Positions 36,432 through 46,200 of a stretch of DNA of 64,000 bases are shown piece after piece. Under the pieces are notes generated by a model, which ran no database searches, was not told the origin of the DNA, and saw nothing but the letters and a program-made list of their open reading frames with translations. Origin of the DNA: Candidatus Undinarchaeota archaeon (GTDB lineage: Archaea > SpSt-1190 > JASMDC01). The stretch is taken from contig CAZFHY010000001.1 of NCBI GenBank assembly GCA_964519305.1, positions 122,032 through 186,031 on the forward strand, written 5' to 3'. Position numbers and translations under genes: made by a program. The first letter of the stretch is position 1, and each line of letters starts with the position of its first letter.

Positions 36432-37216
36432 CCGTGCGCGAGCTAGTTCTAAGGCCAATCGACCAACCCGCCGTCGGGCTCGAGGCAGAGAGCATCTGCC
36501 CCAACACCTTCGCGGGAAAGACGAGTGACCGCATCTCAGAGCTCCCCATCTGGCGGGGCAACCGCAAGGTCGCGCTCGGCGACCACTTCGAAGTGGAAGG
36601 ACGTGCAGGCTCCATCGCGGGACGCACACGCATCATCATCGAGGGCGACGTGGCACGGACCAAGCGCATCGGTCAGGGGATGACCGGCGGCGAGTTGGTG
36701 ATCAAGGGTGCCGCGGGAATGCATACTGGCAGCGGTATGTCGGGCGGGCGTCTGGAAGTGGAAGGTGACTGCGGCGACTGGGCAGGTATGGCCATGACGG
36801 GCGGCGACCTGGTGGTCCGAGGTTCGGTAGGGCACCATCTTGGCGCAGCTCTACCCGGCGACTGGACGGGCATGACCGGAGGCCGCATCGAGGTCGCTGG
36901 TGACTGCGGTGTCGAGGCTGGCGCATGGATGACCGGTGGTACGCTCATAATCAGAGGAACGGCCGGGCCATTCCTCGGCGTCCATATGCAGAACGGGGAG
37001 ATACTGGCCGGCGCCTGTCCCCGCCGTGTCGGTGGCGAGATGCGGGGCGGACTGATCGTCGTCCTCGGGCCCGTTCACGTGCTCCCATCCTTCGTATCCG
37101 ACGGCAACATAGATGACGTCGATATCGCTGGAGAACGGCTCTCGGGCCCTTTCGCACGGTACTTGGGTGACGTTGCAGAGAAGGGCAAGGGGACGCTGGT
37201 CGTGCGCGAGGGGTAG
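36425..37216 (+). CDS. fwdC: Formylmethanofuran dehydrogenase subunit C (GXGXG beta-helix)
   Basis: I.P..FAG, GNR..LGD.F.V and repeated G..M.GG.L.V.G. Overlaps the fwdA stop. Confidence 0.9.
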   Translation: MLTVRELVLRPIDQPAVGLEAESICPNTFAGKTSDRISELPIWRGNRKVALGDHFEVEGRAGSIAGRTRIIIEGDVARTKRIGQGMTGGELVIKGAAGMHTGSGMSGGRLEVEGDCGDWAGMAMTGGDLVVRGSVGHHLGAALPGDWTGMTGGRIEVAGDCGVEAGAWMTGGTLIIRGTAGPFLGVHMQNGEILAGACPRRVGGEMRGGLIVVLGPVHVLPSFVSDGNIDDVDIAGERLSGPFARYLGDVAEKGKGTLVVREG

Positions 37217-37248
37217 GCTTCTTATAGTTTGTCCCCCCTGCCGGGACC

Positions 37249-38547
37249 ATGGGCATGAAGGCGGTGATACTGGCCGCTGGACAGGGGACGCGTCTCCATC
37301 CGCTCACGGCCACACGACAGAAGTCCATGATCCCTCTTGCAGGAAAGCCGATCCTCTATCACGTGCTCTCGGCCGTGAAGGCTGCCCGCATCTCGGAGGT
37401 CGTGCTCGTCGTCAACGAGTTCGCGGACGAGATTCGCCAGTACTTCGGTACAGGTGAACGGTTTGGCCTTTCCATCAGCTACGTGGACCAAGGTCAATGC
37501 CTGGGGACGGCCCATGCCCTTCACACTGCGGCCGAGAACACCAAGCTCAACGATGAATTCCTCCTCATCCATGGTGACCTCATCTTCGACCACGCGATAA
37601 TGGAACAGCTGCGTGCCGTCAAGGGTGGCTCAGTGATCGTCGGTGCCCATGTTGACAATCCCTGGGAGTACGGGGTGCTAACATGCAACGGCTCCCACCT
37701 CACCGAGGTGCGTGAGAGACCACCCGAGCAGGAGGCGAAGGGATGCATGGTCAACGCCGGCATCTACCTCCTTGAGCCCGCCTTCCTGGACACAGTCGCC
37801 AGGGGAGAGACCGAGCGACAGGAGTACGACATCCCCCATGCCCTCAACCACTACCTCAAGGGTGGTAACCGAGTGGAAGTGCTCGAGCACCGTGGTTACT
37901 ACCGTGACGTCGGACGCCCTTGGGAGCTCCTGGAGGCCAACGAGTTCATCATGAAGAAGATCGATCACAGGATCGAAGGCGAGCTCGAACCGGGCGTTGT
38001 GATCAAAGGTGATGTCGTCATCGAGAAGGGTACAATCATCACAGGTACATCCTACATCAAGGGTCCCGTCTACATCGGCAAGAACTGCGAGATAGGCCCT
38101 AACTGCTTCATCCGGGACAATGTCAATATCTCCGACAACGTGCGTATCGGCCGTGCCGTGGAGGTAAAGAACTCCCTTATCCTCGGTGGCTCCAAGGCGG
38201 AGCACCTCGCATACATCGGGGATGCGCTCATCGGTGCAGGGTGCAATTTCGGCGCCGGTACCAAGGTGGCCAACCTCCGGTTCGACGACAAGCCGATCAA
38301 TGTCCGCATCAAGGGCGAGACCGTGTCATCGGGCCGTCGAAAGCTCGGCGCCATCCTGGGCGACGGGGTAAAGACCGGCGTCAACGCATCCATCATGCCT
38401 GGCGTGAAGGCCGGTCCCAACACACACATCGGCCCCGGCGTCATCGTGTACCGCGACCTCGAGCCCAACATCCGAATCTTCGTGCGTCAGGAGTACGACA
38501 TCACCCCCATCGGCGAGGGGGAGGAAGAGGGCGGGGGCACCGGGTAG
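37249..38547 (+). CDS. glmU: Archaeal bifunctional sugar-1-phosphate nucleotidylyltransferase/acetyltransferase (GlmU-like)
   Basis: AVILAAGQGTRL.PLT, LGTAHA, NAGIY, DVGRPW, hexapeptide repeats, NFGAGT.VANLRFD and GRRKLGA. Confidence 0.9.
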   Translation: MGMKAVILAAGQGTRLHPLTATRQKSMIPLAGKPILYHVLSAVKAARISEVVLVVNEFADEIRQYFGTGERFGLSISYVDQGQCLGTAHALHTAAENTKLNDEFLLIHGDLIFDHAIMEQLRAVKGGSVIVGAHVDNPWEYGVLTCNGSHLTEVRERPPEQEAKGCMVNAGIYLLEPAFLDTVARGETERQEYDIPHALNHYLKGGNRVEVLEHRGYYRDVGRPWELLEANEFIMKKIDHRIEGELEPGVVIKGDVVIEKGTIITGTSYIKGPVYIGKNCEIGPNCFIRDNVNISDNVRIGRAVEVKNSLILGGSKAEHLAYIGDALIGAGCNFGAGTKVANLRFDDKPINVRIKGETVSSGRRKLGAILGDGVKTGVNASIMPGVKAGPNTHIGPGVIVYRDLEPNIRIFVRQEYDITPIGEGEEEGGGTG

Positions 38548-38557
38548 GTACCCGAGC

Positions 38558-38812
38558 ATGGAGCACGAGGCCACCGACAATTCCTGGGGGCCACGTCGTG
38601 CCCTAGGCTATGCTTTCGGGGCCCTTGCCAACACGGTCAACAGCCTCGCGCTCACAGCCTCATATATCGTTGGTATCGGATGCACGGCACTGACTGCCCG
38701 GCTCGTAGGCAAGAGGTTCCTTGAGCTCGGACCGGACGCGGGTGCACCGAGCTACTGGGAGCCTACTGATCAGGGTAGAGCTCCGCGGGATAGATACTAT
38801 AGACAGTACTGA
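38558..38812 (+). CDS. Small membrane protein, SxtJ-like
   Basis: Hydrophobic core with C-terminal SYW...YYRQY, immediately upstream of the carbamoyltransferase. Confidence 0.65.
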   Translation: MEHEATDNSWGPRRALGYAFGALANTVNSLALTASYIVGIGCTALTARLVGKRFLELGPDAGAPSYWEPTDQGRAPRDRYYRQY

Positions 38813-38821
38813 GGTATAACC

Positions 38822-40588
38822 ATGGACGTGCTCGGGATCGCCTGCTTCTACCACGACGCCTCGGCCTGCCTTGTGCGGGATGGCGAGGTCGTGGCGGCAT
38901 CTGCAGAGGAGCGGTTCACACGCGTCAAACACGACATCACGTTCCCTCTGAACGCTATCCGCGCCTGCCTCGATGAGGGTGGGATAACGGTGGACGAGCT
39001 GGACCATATCGCCCATTACGAGAAGCCGCTCCTCCGTCTGGAGCGAGCGCTCCACCAGCACATCCAGATGTTCCCGCGGGGGCTCCCTTCTTTCGTACGG
39101 GCCATGCCTGACCTACTCCTGCGTAAGCTGCGTGTGGTATCTCGCGTACGGAAGGAACTGGGCTACGGGGGGGATGTGCTCTTCATCCCCCATCACGTGG
39201 CCCACGCGGCAGGTGCGTTCTTGTGCAGCCCCTTCGAGCAGGCTGCTATCCTCACCATAGACGGTGTCGGCGAGTGGACCACGACTGCGTGGGGAATGGG
39301 TGAAGATACCGAGGTCAGACTGGAGCAACAGCTGCGCTTCCCCCACTCGCTCGGCCTCCTGTACTCGACCATCACTGCCTACCTGGGTTTCGCCGTGAAC
39401 AACTCGGAATACAAGGTCATGGGTTTGGCCGCCTTCGGTAACCTCGATCCCACTACCAACGAATACTACAAGCTGCTTAAGGAGGTCATCGATGTCCGCG
39501 ACGACGGGAGCTTCCGACTGGACATGCGCTACTTCGATTACCATTTTGCAGGCCGCATGCCTTCGGGCGAACTTTGCGAATTGTTGGGAGGCCCCGTGGC
39601 ACCACCTGGACTGGCGCCCACTCAGCGACACAAGGACATCGCCGCCGCACTCCAGATCCTTACAGAGGAGGTGCTCACCACCACATGTAACCACGTGCAC
39701 GCACAGACGGACTGCCCTGACCTGGTGCTCTCTGGCGGGGTAGGGCTCAACTGTGTGTTCAACGGCACCATCCTTAAGGAGACTCCGTTCGAGCGGGTGT
39801 GGATCCCCCCCGATCCGGGTGATGGAGGTACGAGCATGGGCGCCGCTCTCCACGCATCCCATAGCGTGCTCGGTAAACCTCGTTCATCCCATTTCCGCTC
39901 TCCATACCTCGGACCGGGCTTCACCGACGATCAGGTCAAAGAGTTCCTGAAGGATAACGGTATAGTCCATAAAGAGCTCTCGGACGAAGATGAGCTTATC
40001 GACACAACGTTGAGCATTATCGAGGACGGCCAGGTAGTAGGATGGTTCCAGGGACGGATGGAATGGGGCCCTCGAGCTCTTGGGAACCGGAGCATCCTTG
40101 CCGATCCACGTGACGCTAAGATGAAGGACGTGCTCAATGAGAAGGTCAAACGGCGTGAGCCGTTCCGACCTTTCGCACCGTCGGTGTGCGCCGAGGATGC
40201 CGCGGACTGGTTCGACGTGGACCTCCCGCTACCCGGGCCGACAGCGTACATGCTCATGAGTTACCCTGTCCGTGAGAACAAGCTCGACCTCATCCCGGCC
40301 GCGGTCCACGTGGACGGCACTGCACGGCTCCAGGCTGTACATAGGGAGACCAATCCCCTCTTCCATAAGCTCATCAAGGGATTCGGTGAACATACGAAGG
40401 TGCCGGTCCTGGTTAACACATCGTTCAATATCCGTGGCGAACCCATCGTTTGCGCTCCAGAGGACGCTTTCCGATGCATGATGGGTACGGGTATCGACTG
40501 CACCCTGCTCGGCCGCTTCCTTGTCAGGCGGGAGGACAATCCCGATGACGAGTGGGACAGCTCCTCTCGCTCCCGGACCGATAATTGA
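38822..40588 (+). CDS. O-carbamoyltransferase (NodU/CmcH family)
   Basis: HDASA, EERFTRVKH, HHVAHAA, DGVGE, SLGLLY, EYKVMGLA, GPRALGNRSIL, FRPFAP, HVDGTAR and NTSFN..GEP. Confidence 0.95.
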   Translation: MDVLGIACFYHDASACLVRDGEVVAASAEERFTRVKHDITFPLNAIRACLDEGGITVDELDHIAHYEKPLLRLERALHQHIQMFPRGLPSFVRAMPDLLLRKLRVVSRVRKELGYGGDVLFIPHHVAHAAGAFLCSPFEQAAILTIDGVGEWTTTAWGMGEDTEVRLEQQLRFPHSLGLLYSTITAYLGFAVNNSEYKVMGLAAFGNLDPTTNEYYKLLKEVIDVRDDGSFRLDMRYFDYHFAGRMPSGELCELLGGPVAPPGLAPTQRHKDIAAALQILTEEVLTTTCNHVHAQTDCPDLVLSGGVGLNCVFNGTILKETPFERVWIPPDPGDGGTSMGAALHASHSVLGKPRSSHFRSPYLGPGFTDDQVKEFLKDNGIVHKELSDEDELIDTTLSIIEDGQVVGWFQGRMEWGPRALGNRSILADPRDAKMKDVLNEKVKRREPFRPFAPSVCAEDAADWFDVDLPLPGPTAYMLMSYPVRENKLDLIPAAVHVDGTARLQAVHRETNPLFHKLIKGFGEHTKVPVLVNTSFNIRGEPIVCAPEDAFRCMMGTGIDCTLLGRFLVRREDNPDDEWDSSSRSRTDN

Positions 40589-40650
40589 TGACATGCGGCG
40601 AGGATAGGTTTTTATGTCACGACCGGATGTAGTGCAGTTGAGGTTCTGAT

Positions 40651-40812
40651 ATGGGCCGGAATCCGATGCTTGTGCGCGAGGTGCTCGACTACCTCTGGGA
40701 TAACAAGGCATGGTGGCTCGCTCCCGCCCTCATCACCCTGCTCATCGTGGGAGCATTGCTGGCAGCGGGCCAGAGTTCTGCTCTATCGCCGTTCGTGTAC
40801 GCGATGATCTAG
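40651..40812 (+). CDS. DUF5989/SxtK-like small membrane peptide
   Basis: Below the ORF-track cutoff. GAGGT RBS, then MGRNPMLVREVLDYLWDNKAWWLAPALITLLIVGALLAAGQSSALSPFVYAMI (KxWWLxP and SxxxPFxY signatures). Confidence 0.8.
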   Translation: MGRNPMLVREVLDYLWDNKAWWLAPALITLLIVGALLAAGQSSALSPFVYAMI

Positions 40813-40820
40813 TGGACGTC

Positions 40821-41858
40821 TCACAGTTCCTCGAACTGCTCATCCACCCGGTCCAGAAGGGCGGTCCGCTCACGTGGCTGAAGGAAGGCCGCCTTCACAC
40901 CGGCCTTGACCAGTGACTTGATATCACCCCGGCTGAGACCGAGATGCTTGGAGCATTTGAACAGCTCATTAGTGACGGTCGTGTCCGAGATCGTGCGGTT
41001 ATCGGTGTTGATGCATACTCGCAGATCGTCGCGGAAATAGCGGAGCATGGGATGGGTCCCGATGCTGCTCACTACGCGTGTCTGGACGTTGCTCGTGGGG
41101 CAGACCTCGAGGGCGATCCGCCTTACGTTAACATAATCGTAGAGCTTTGTGTTCTCCTGTATCTTAGTACCATGTCCGATGCGGTCGGCGCGGAGGTAGT
41201 TTATCGCCTCTTCGATGCTCTTGGCACCGTAGCCCTCACCTGCATGAACAGTCACTGGAACGAAGTTCTTGAGCACGGGAGCGAACGCTTCCATCAGGTC
41301 CTTAGGACGATGGCCTCGCTCGGCCCCGGCCAGGTCGAATCCGACCACGCCGCGTCCCTGGAATATCACGGCCAGCTCGGCGGCCTCTCGTGTGCGCTCG
41401 AGCTCGGTGCGGATACCACAAAGGATAAGGCCTGTCTTGATGGAGTAGTCCTTCTCGGCACGCTTCATCCCATCAAGTACAGAAGACACCACGCGCTGAG
41501 GAGATAGGTCATCGGTCTCGTAATTTGTGGGTCCGAACCGCAACTCCAGGTAGATCACGTTCTCCTTCGCTGCATCCTCGCACACCTCGTAAGCAACCCG
41601 CTCAAGGGCCGCAGGGTCCCGAAGAACGGACTCCGTCGTGGTAAAGGCGGCAAGGTACTCCTCAAGGGAGCGGAACTCGGATGGGGAGATCGTTTTCTTT
41701 AACTTCCCGATGTCCTTCGAGGGGAGTGGAACGCTCTGTTCATCAGCCAGCTCGACAAGGGTCTTGAGCCGGATCGATCCTCCAAGATGGCAATGGAGAT
41801 CCGTCTTGAAGATGCTCTCCAGGAAGCGCTTATCCGGAGCGCCCCCGTCGTTCACCAT
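40821..41858 (-). CDS. add: Adenosine deaminase family protein
   Basis: DLHCHLGGS, YLELRF.P, GFDLAG.E, TVHAGE, RIGHG, EVCPTSN and NTDN. Confidence 0.9.
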   Translation of the reverse strand: MVNDGGAPDKRFLESIFKTDLHCHLGGSIRLKTLVELADEQSVPLPSKDIGKLKKTISPSEFRSLEEYLAAFTTTESVLRDPAALERVAYEVCEDAAKENVIYLELRFGPTNYETDDLSPQRVVSSVLDGMKRAEKDYSIKTGLILCGIRTELERTREAAELAVIFQGRGVVGFDLAGAERGHRPKDLMEAFAPVLKNFVPVTVHAGEGYGAKSIEEAINYLRADRIGHGTKIQENTKLYDYVNVRRIALEVCPTSNVQTRVVSSIGTHPMLRYFRDDLRVCINTDNRTISDTTVTNELFKCSKHLGLSRGDIKSLVKAGVKAAFLQPRERTALLDRVDEQFEEL

Positions 41859-41972
41859 GTTGGCGGGCAGGATGTTCAGGTTTAAAAAGACTGTGCCCCC
41901 CAAAGACAAGGTTAGGAACCGCTTCAAACCCTATAAAGTATCGTATCAGGGCCATACCGCGTTTTATATGTC

Positions 41973-41987
41973 GATTTTCGGAAAATC
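41973..41987. promoter_or_regulatory. Inverted repeat GATTTTC-G-GAAAATC (candidate operator) in divergent intergenic region
   Basis: Perfect 7-bp arms between add and the small wHTH gene. Confidence 0.4.
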
Positions 41988-42102
41988 TGTCGTTTAGAGT
42001 TTTCTAGAATTCCCTATCTTCCCCTATAGTCCTATTGAACGCCGTAACGGAGCAGAAAGCCTTAAATAACGCCACGACGTCTTCAATAATGGAGGGTCGG
42101 GT

Positions 42103-42330
42103 GTGAAGAAAGCTACTAAGGAGAGATTGTTTCTAAATGCCCTCGATTTCCTGGTCCAACGAAGAGGATGGGTGAGCGTTGATTACCTCTCCTACCTGAC
42201 GAAGTTGAGCCCCTCCTATCTGGGAAGGAAGTTCAACCAGATGGTGTCCAAGGAGAAGGTAGAGAAGAAGTTAGTATACACGGATACCAACACATCCACG
42301 CTCTACCGCTACAAGTCCGCCGCACAGTAG
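42103..42330 (+). CDS. Small winged helix-turn-helix-like DNA-binding protein
   Basis: 75 aa and basic. WVSVDYLSYLTKLSPSYLGRKFNQMV..EKVEK....TLYRY fits a wHTH. CAGAAAGC-CTTAAATA promoter and GGAGG RBS upstream. Confidence 0.65.
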   Translation: MKKATKERLFLNALDFLVQRRGWVSVDYLSYLTKLSPSYLGRKFNQMVSKEKVEKKLVYTDTNTSTLYRYKSAAQ

Positions 42331-42403
42331 GTCGTTACCTCTTTCAGAAGGATATTGCTCATTCTGGAGCATCAGCTATGTTATTATGGCAGAGCGCCCT
42401 TTC

Positions 42404-43177
42404 TCAAGGTGCGGCCACGACGTAATCGCCACTGGGAACGTAGGCTTCCCAAGAGCCATCGGCCGTGGTATCCTCCAGCAGGTCCAGGCTGGCATAGAGC
42501 GCTCGGAGCTCCATGTCGATTCGGTCCGCGATCTCGAAGGTACCCGGAGGTTCAAAGGTGACTGCGTAGGCGTCCCGGGATGCCCAGAAGTCGCGGAAGC
42601 AGCCGGGACGGTCTCGCCGGACAACGCCCCATGAGATCGGATGTTTCTCACCAACAGCATCGACCGCTGCCTGGCCAAGGTTGATGTCCTCCCGGATAGG
42701 TGTGGACTCGTAAACGTAGAATCCCTTTGTGGACCGGGGCGCTTCGTGCATGTCCAGTGCAGCTATGTAATCCTCACGACCGATGCTCCCGATGAGAGCC
42801 AATGTCTCGGGTTCCTTGAAAAATCCGTAATCACGGTTGAGATCGACACCATGAGCGTTCCCACGCTGGTCCGCCTCATAGCCATCGGGATTTACCATCG
42901 GGTATAGTGTTATGTCGAGTGCTGTACCGTTCTCGCCAGCCTCACGAATGAAGTTCAAGGCCGCCATGGGCCCTGCGGGTTCGTTTCCATGGTGTCCTGC
43001 CGTGACCAGCACAGGGGCTCCCTCGCCGTGGATGTGTGCACGATAAATATCGCGCCCTTCCGCAGAGCTACCGACTACTTCCAAGTCAACGTTATCGTAC
43101 AGACCGGCCAGTCGTTCCAACTCCTCCGAGTAAGAAGGAAAGTCCATCTTCTCATCATAGAACATCTCGCGTTCCAC
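42404..43177 (-). CDS. M14-family zinc carboxypeptidase-like protein
   Basis: GSSAEGRDI, HGNE, NPDG, DLNRD and DMHE. Confidence 0.88.
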   Translation of the reverse strand: MEREMFYDEKMDFPSYSEELERLAGLYDNVDLEVVGSSAEGRDIYRAHIHGEGAPVLVTAGHHGNEPAGPMAALNFIREAGENGTALDITLYPMVNPDGYEADQRGNAHGVDLNRDYGFFKEPETLALIGSIGREDYIAALDMHEAPRSTKGFYVYESTPIREDINLGQAAVDAVGEKHPISWGVVRRDRPGCFRDFWASRDAYAVTFEPPGTFEIADRIDMELRALYASLDLLEDTTADGSWEAYVPSGDYVVAAP

Positions 43178-43297
43178 ACTGACCCCTTTCTGACCCTGGC
43201 TTGCGGGTGCAGCGGTATAAATACTTGTCGGTGACGGGCGCCGTCAAAACCCAAGGGATATAAGTCATGTAACCATGATAGTATGTGAGCGGTAGCC

Positions 43298-46200
43298 ATG
43301 CGAACGCCAATCCTAGTGTTCCTGCTGGTGGTCTGCCTTGCGTCGGGCGCCTACCACGCGTGCTGGACCGAGTCCGATTGTCTTTCCGGTACGACCGAGT
43401 CTTGCGTGCTCGAAGATGGCAGCTGCGGTGTCCCCGCACTGTCCGTTCCGGTGCTGGAGACCGGGCTATCGTGGGGCGAGGAGAAGACCTTCACGATCCA
43501 TGTGGCCAACAACGAGACATTCCAGCGACCCATCGACGCGGTGTTCGCCATCGACCATACAGGGAGCATGCGTGACGATCTTGAGGAGTTCAGGAACACC
43601 TGGGCCGCTATCACAGAAGTGCTCAAGACCAAGTCCGAAGGTAATTTCCGAGTAGCCCTTATCCCATTTGCCAACCAGTTCACCCACAGCTTCGGTCCAC
43701 CAAAGCTGCCCCTCCCATTCCAGGACTTCTATGCTGACGAATACGCAGCCGACGCCGCTATCCAATCGGGGCTTGCGGCGATCTATGACCGTGTCACCGG
43801 CGGAGAGGAGTGTCGAGAGAACTCCTACGATGCGATCCAGTACGCCGTGCGTGAGAAATGGGCCTCGGACTGGGGAAGCCAGCTCCCCGAGAACCGGTGG
43901 CGTGAGCAGTCCCTGAAGCTCGTGTACGTGATCACCGACGCGGCGGTCTTCACCGGGATGTACGCCAGCATGCGGAACCTTGCCGACGAGGCCAAGGCCA
44001 AGCGCATCGTAGTGTTCGGGTTCACGCCCGATCCCGATGATCCTAAGTACCGCTCACCCTGTCCACCCACCTGTCCCAGATGTACGCGCTCAGGTAGTAC
44101 TTGTGAACTCCTGTGCTCCTTCGTACCTAACCCGGAGGGTGATGATATCGAGGTGTGCGAGAGCAAGTGCTGCTCAGGGAATCCATCATGGCTCGGTGTG
44201 TACACGGACAAGTGCGAGCCCGACGGTGGTGGTTCGACGGTATGTGCGGACAAGACGTTCAGGCCCGGGCTCCTCATGGAGAACTACCAGTACTGCTACG
44301 ATCTGATCAATGTCACTGACGACACTGGAGGCACCTATTTCAAGTCCTTCGACAAGGCCGAGATGCGGTTCAAGATCACACAGGCCTTCGAGGAAGTGGA
44401 CTTCAACCATTTCAAGCTAAAGACACGGAAGGTGTCCGGTCCGGGGGATCTCGAGATCTCGCTCCCCAGTCCAGAACAGTTCAATGTAGAGGTATGTGAC
44501 GTACTTTTCGAATGGCCTGACGAGGCACAGGACCCACCATGTAAGATACGGTCGAACCTGAAAGTAAAGGTTCCCGACGGAGTGCTGGAGGGCGAGTACG
44601 TCTACAACGTGACGCTCGAGGCGGATACGGGATATACAGAAGAGCTCCAGATACGTGTCCAGGTCCGTACACCCGTCCTGGCGACGATCACCTACGCGGC
44701 CACAGCTCTCTACGACCGGGTACTGGTCTTCCTGAACCTAACGAACACAGGGATCCATAAGACACTTCAACCGGTCACGTCCATGTCGAGCATATCCTGC
44801 GCAGGGAAAGATGCCAAGGTGTTCTGGGGTCCGGGCTCCGACAGCGTACCTCCTGGCGAGAGCCTCACGGCGGTGGCGGACTGCACCGGCGCAAGCATGA
44901 CCTCCAATGGGATGAGTCTTCGCATCACCGAGGTCAGCCCCCTGCTGCTTACCGGGAACCTGGGTGAGAAGGTTGAGATCATGGCCAACATCACCAACCT
45001 CGCAGGCTCCACACTTCTCTACCTTGACAACGCACACTTCTTCACTCTGACCCTGAACGGTGCCCCCCTCTCGGGGAAGGACGTCGTGTATCTCAACGGG
45101 CCCAAGCTCTATCGCATCGTTGGGAGCCTCCCTGCCGGAGCAGCTATCGATGGTTACAACGTGCTCGAGGTGAGCATCAGTGAATCGGGCTCCTCCGCAT
45201 CGGACTTCGCACTCCTACGAAAGGGAACCCCTTCATTGAAGGTATCCTCCCATCTCCAGCTCGGCCTATCGAGCACGGAGGTGCTCACTGCCCCAGATAC
45301 CACCAGAACAGTATCTACAGCGGCGGACCCGCTCGTTCTGGGTGATTCATCGCTCTTCACCCATACCGACTTCTCGCTAGGAGGGCTCAGCAGGAAGACC
45401 GGGCCCGAGCTCGTCGTCAACCATACCCTGAAAAGGGGCTTCATCATGTTACGTTCCAAGCGGAAGGACGACGGGACTGTCACTGTGCCGTACAATCGTA
45501 CCGGTGCGCTCCCCGCCACTATCACACGTACCGTCACCCTGCCCTACCTGATGGAGCACGACCTCGACCTTATCGGGTTCTCGGACGGTGCCATCGGCGC
45601 GTCCCGGCTCGATCCTGCGACCAACGTGCTGTTCGGTTCCATGGCCCTTCCCGACGCCTCGATCGACACCCTCCGTGAGGGATGGTACGGTCCAGTGTTC
45701 GGCGTGCGACTCGACTATGAGAACTACACGCTTTACAGGCCGGGGATGCTCCCGTTCATGTTCTCCAGTCCAGAGCCGATCCCATCCATTACGGTCGACA
45801 TAGCGGCCCCGTTGGTGAACCGGACCCTTACTCTAGAGCCTGGAAAGGGCGGTATCGATGAAGATACGCTCTTTGCTAACGCTACGGTACAGCCCAACGG
45901 CGGGGTCGTACTCGAGGTCCACGTGGGCGTGGCAGAGGAAGGGACGGTGCGGGTCAACGTCTCCACCGACATGAGGAACGAGGTGATAATCACGGTCCCC
46001 TATGCGGAGATCGAGCCCTTCATCCTCGACGCACCGTCGTCCATCTCAGCCGTCCCCAACCTTACTACGGAGTTCTCTCTGGGGATCAGCAACCACAGGC
46101 CCGATGACGACACGTTCCGCGTGTGCGCGAAAGGGGACGGTGTGAAGGTATTCGCGGGTGACACGGAGCTCACGTCGGTCCCAGAGGACACCGGTTCAAG

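Noticed and set aside
34764-37216. Evidence for methanogenesis
   Set aside because: fwdA and fwdC alone are insufficient. No mcr, mtr or fwdB is in the window.
38558-40812. Saxitoxin biosynthesis cluster
   Set aside because: Only the generic carbamoyltransferase trio is present. No sxtA, sxtG or other pathway genes are seen.
41930-42060. Replication origin
   Set aside because: The region is AT-rich, but I found no ORB-like repeats and no adjacent cdc6/orc1.
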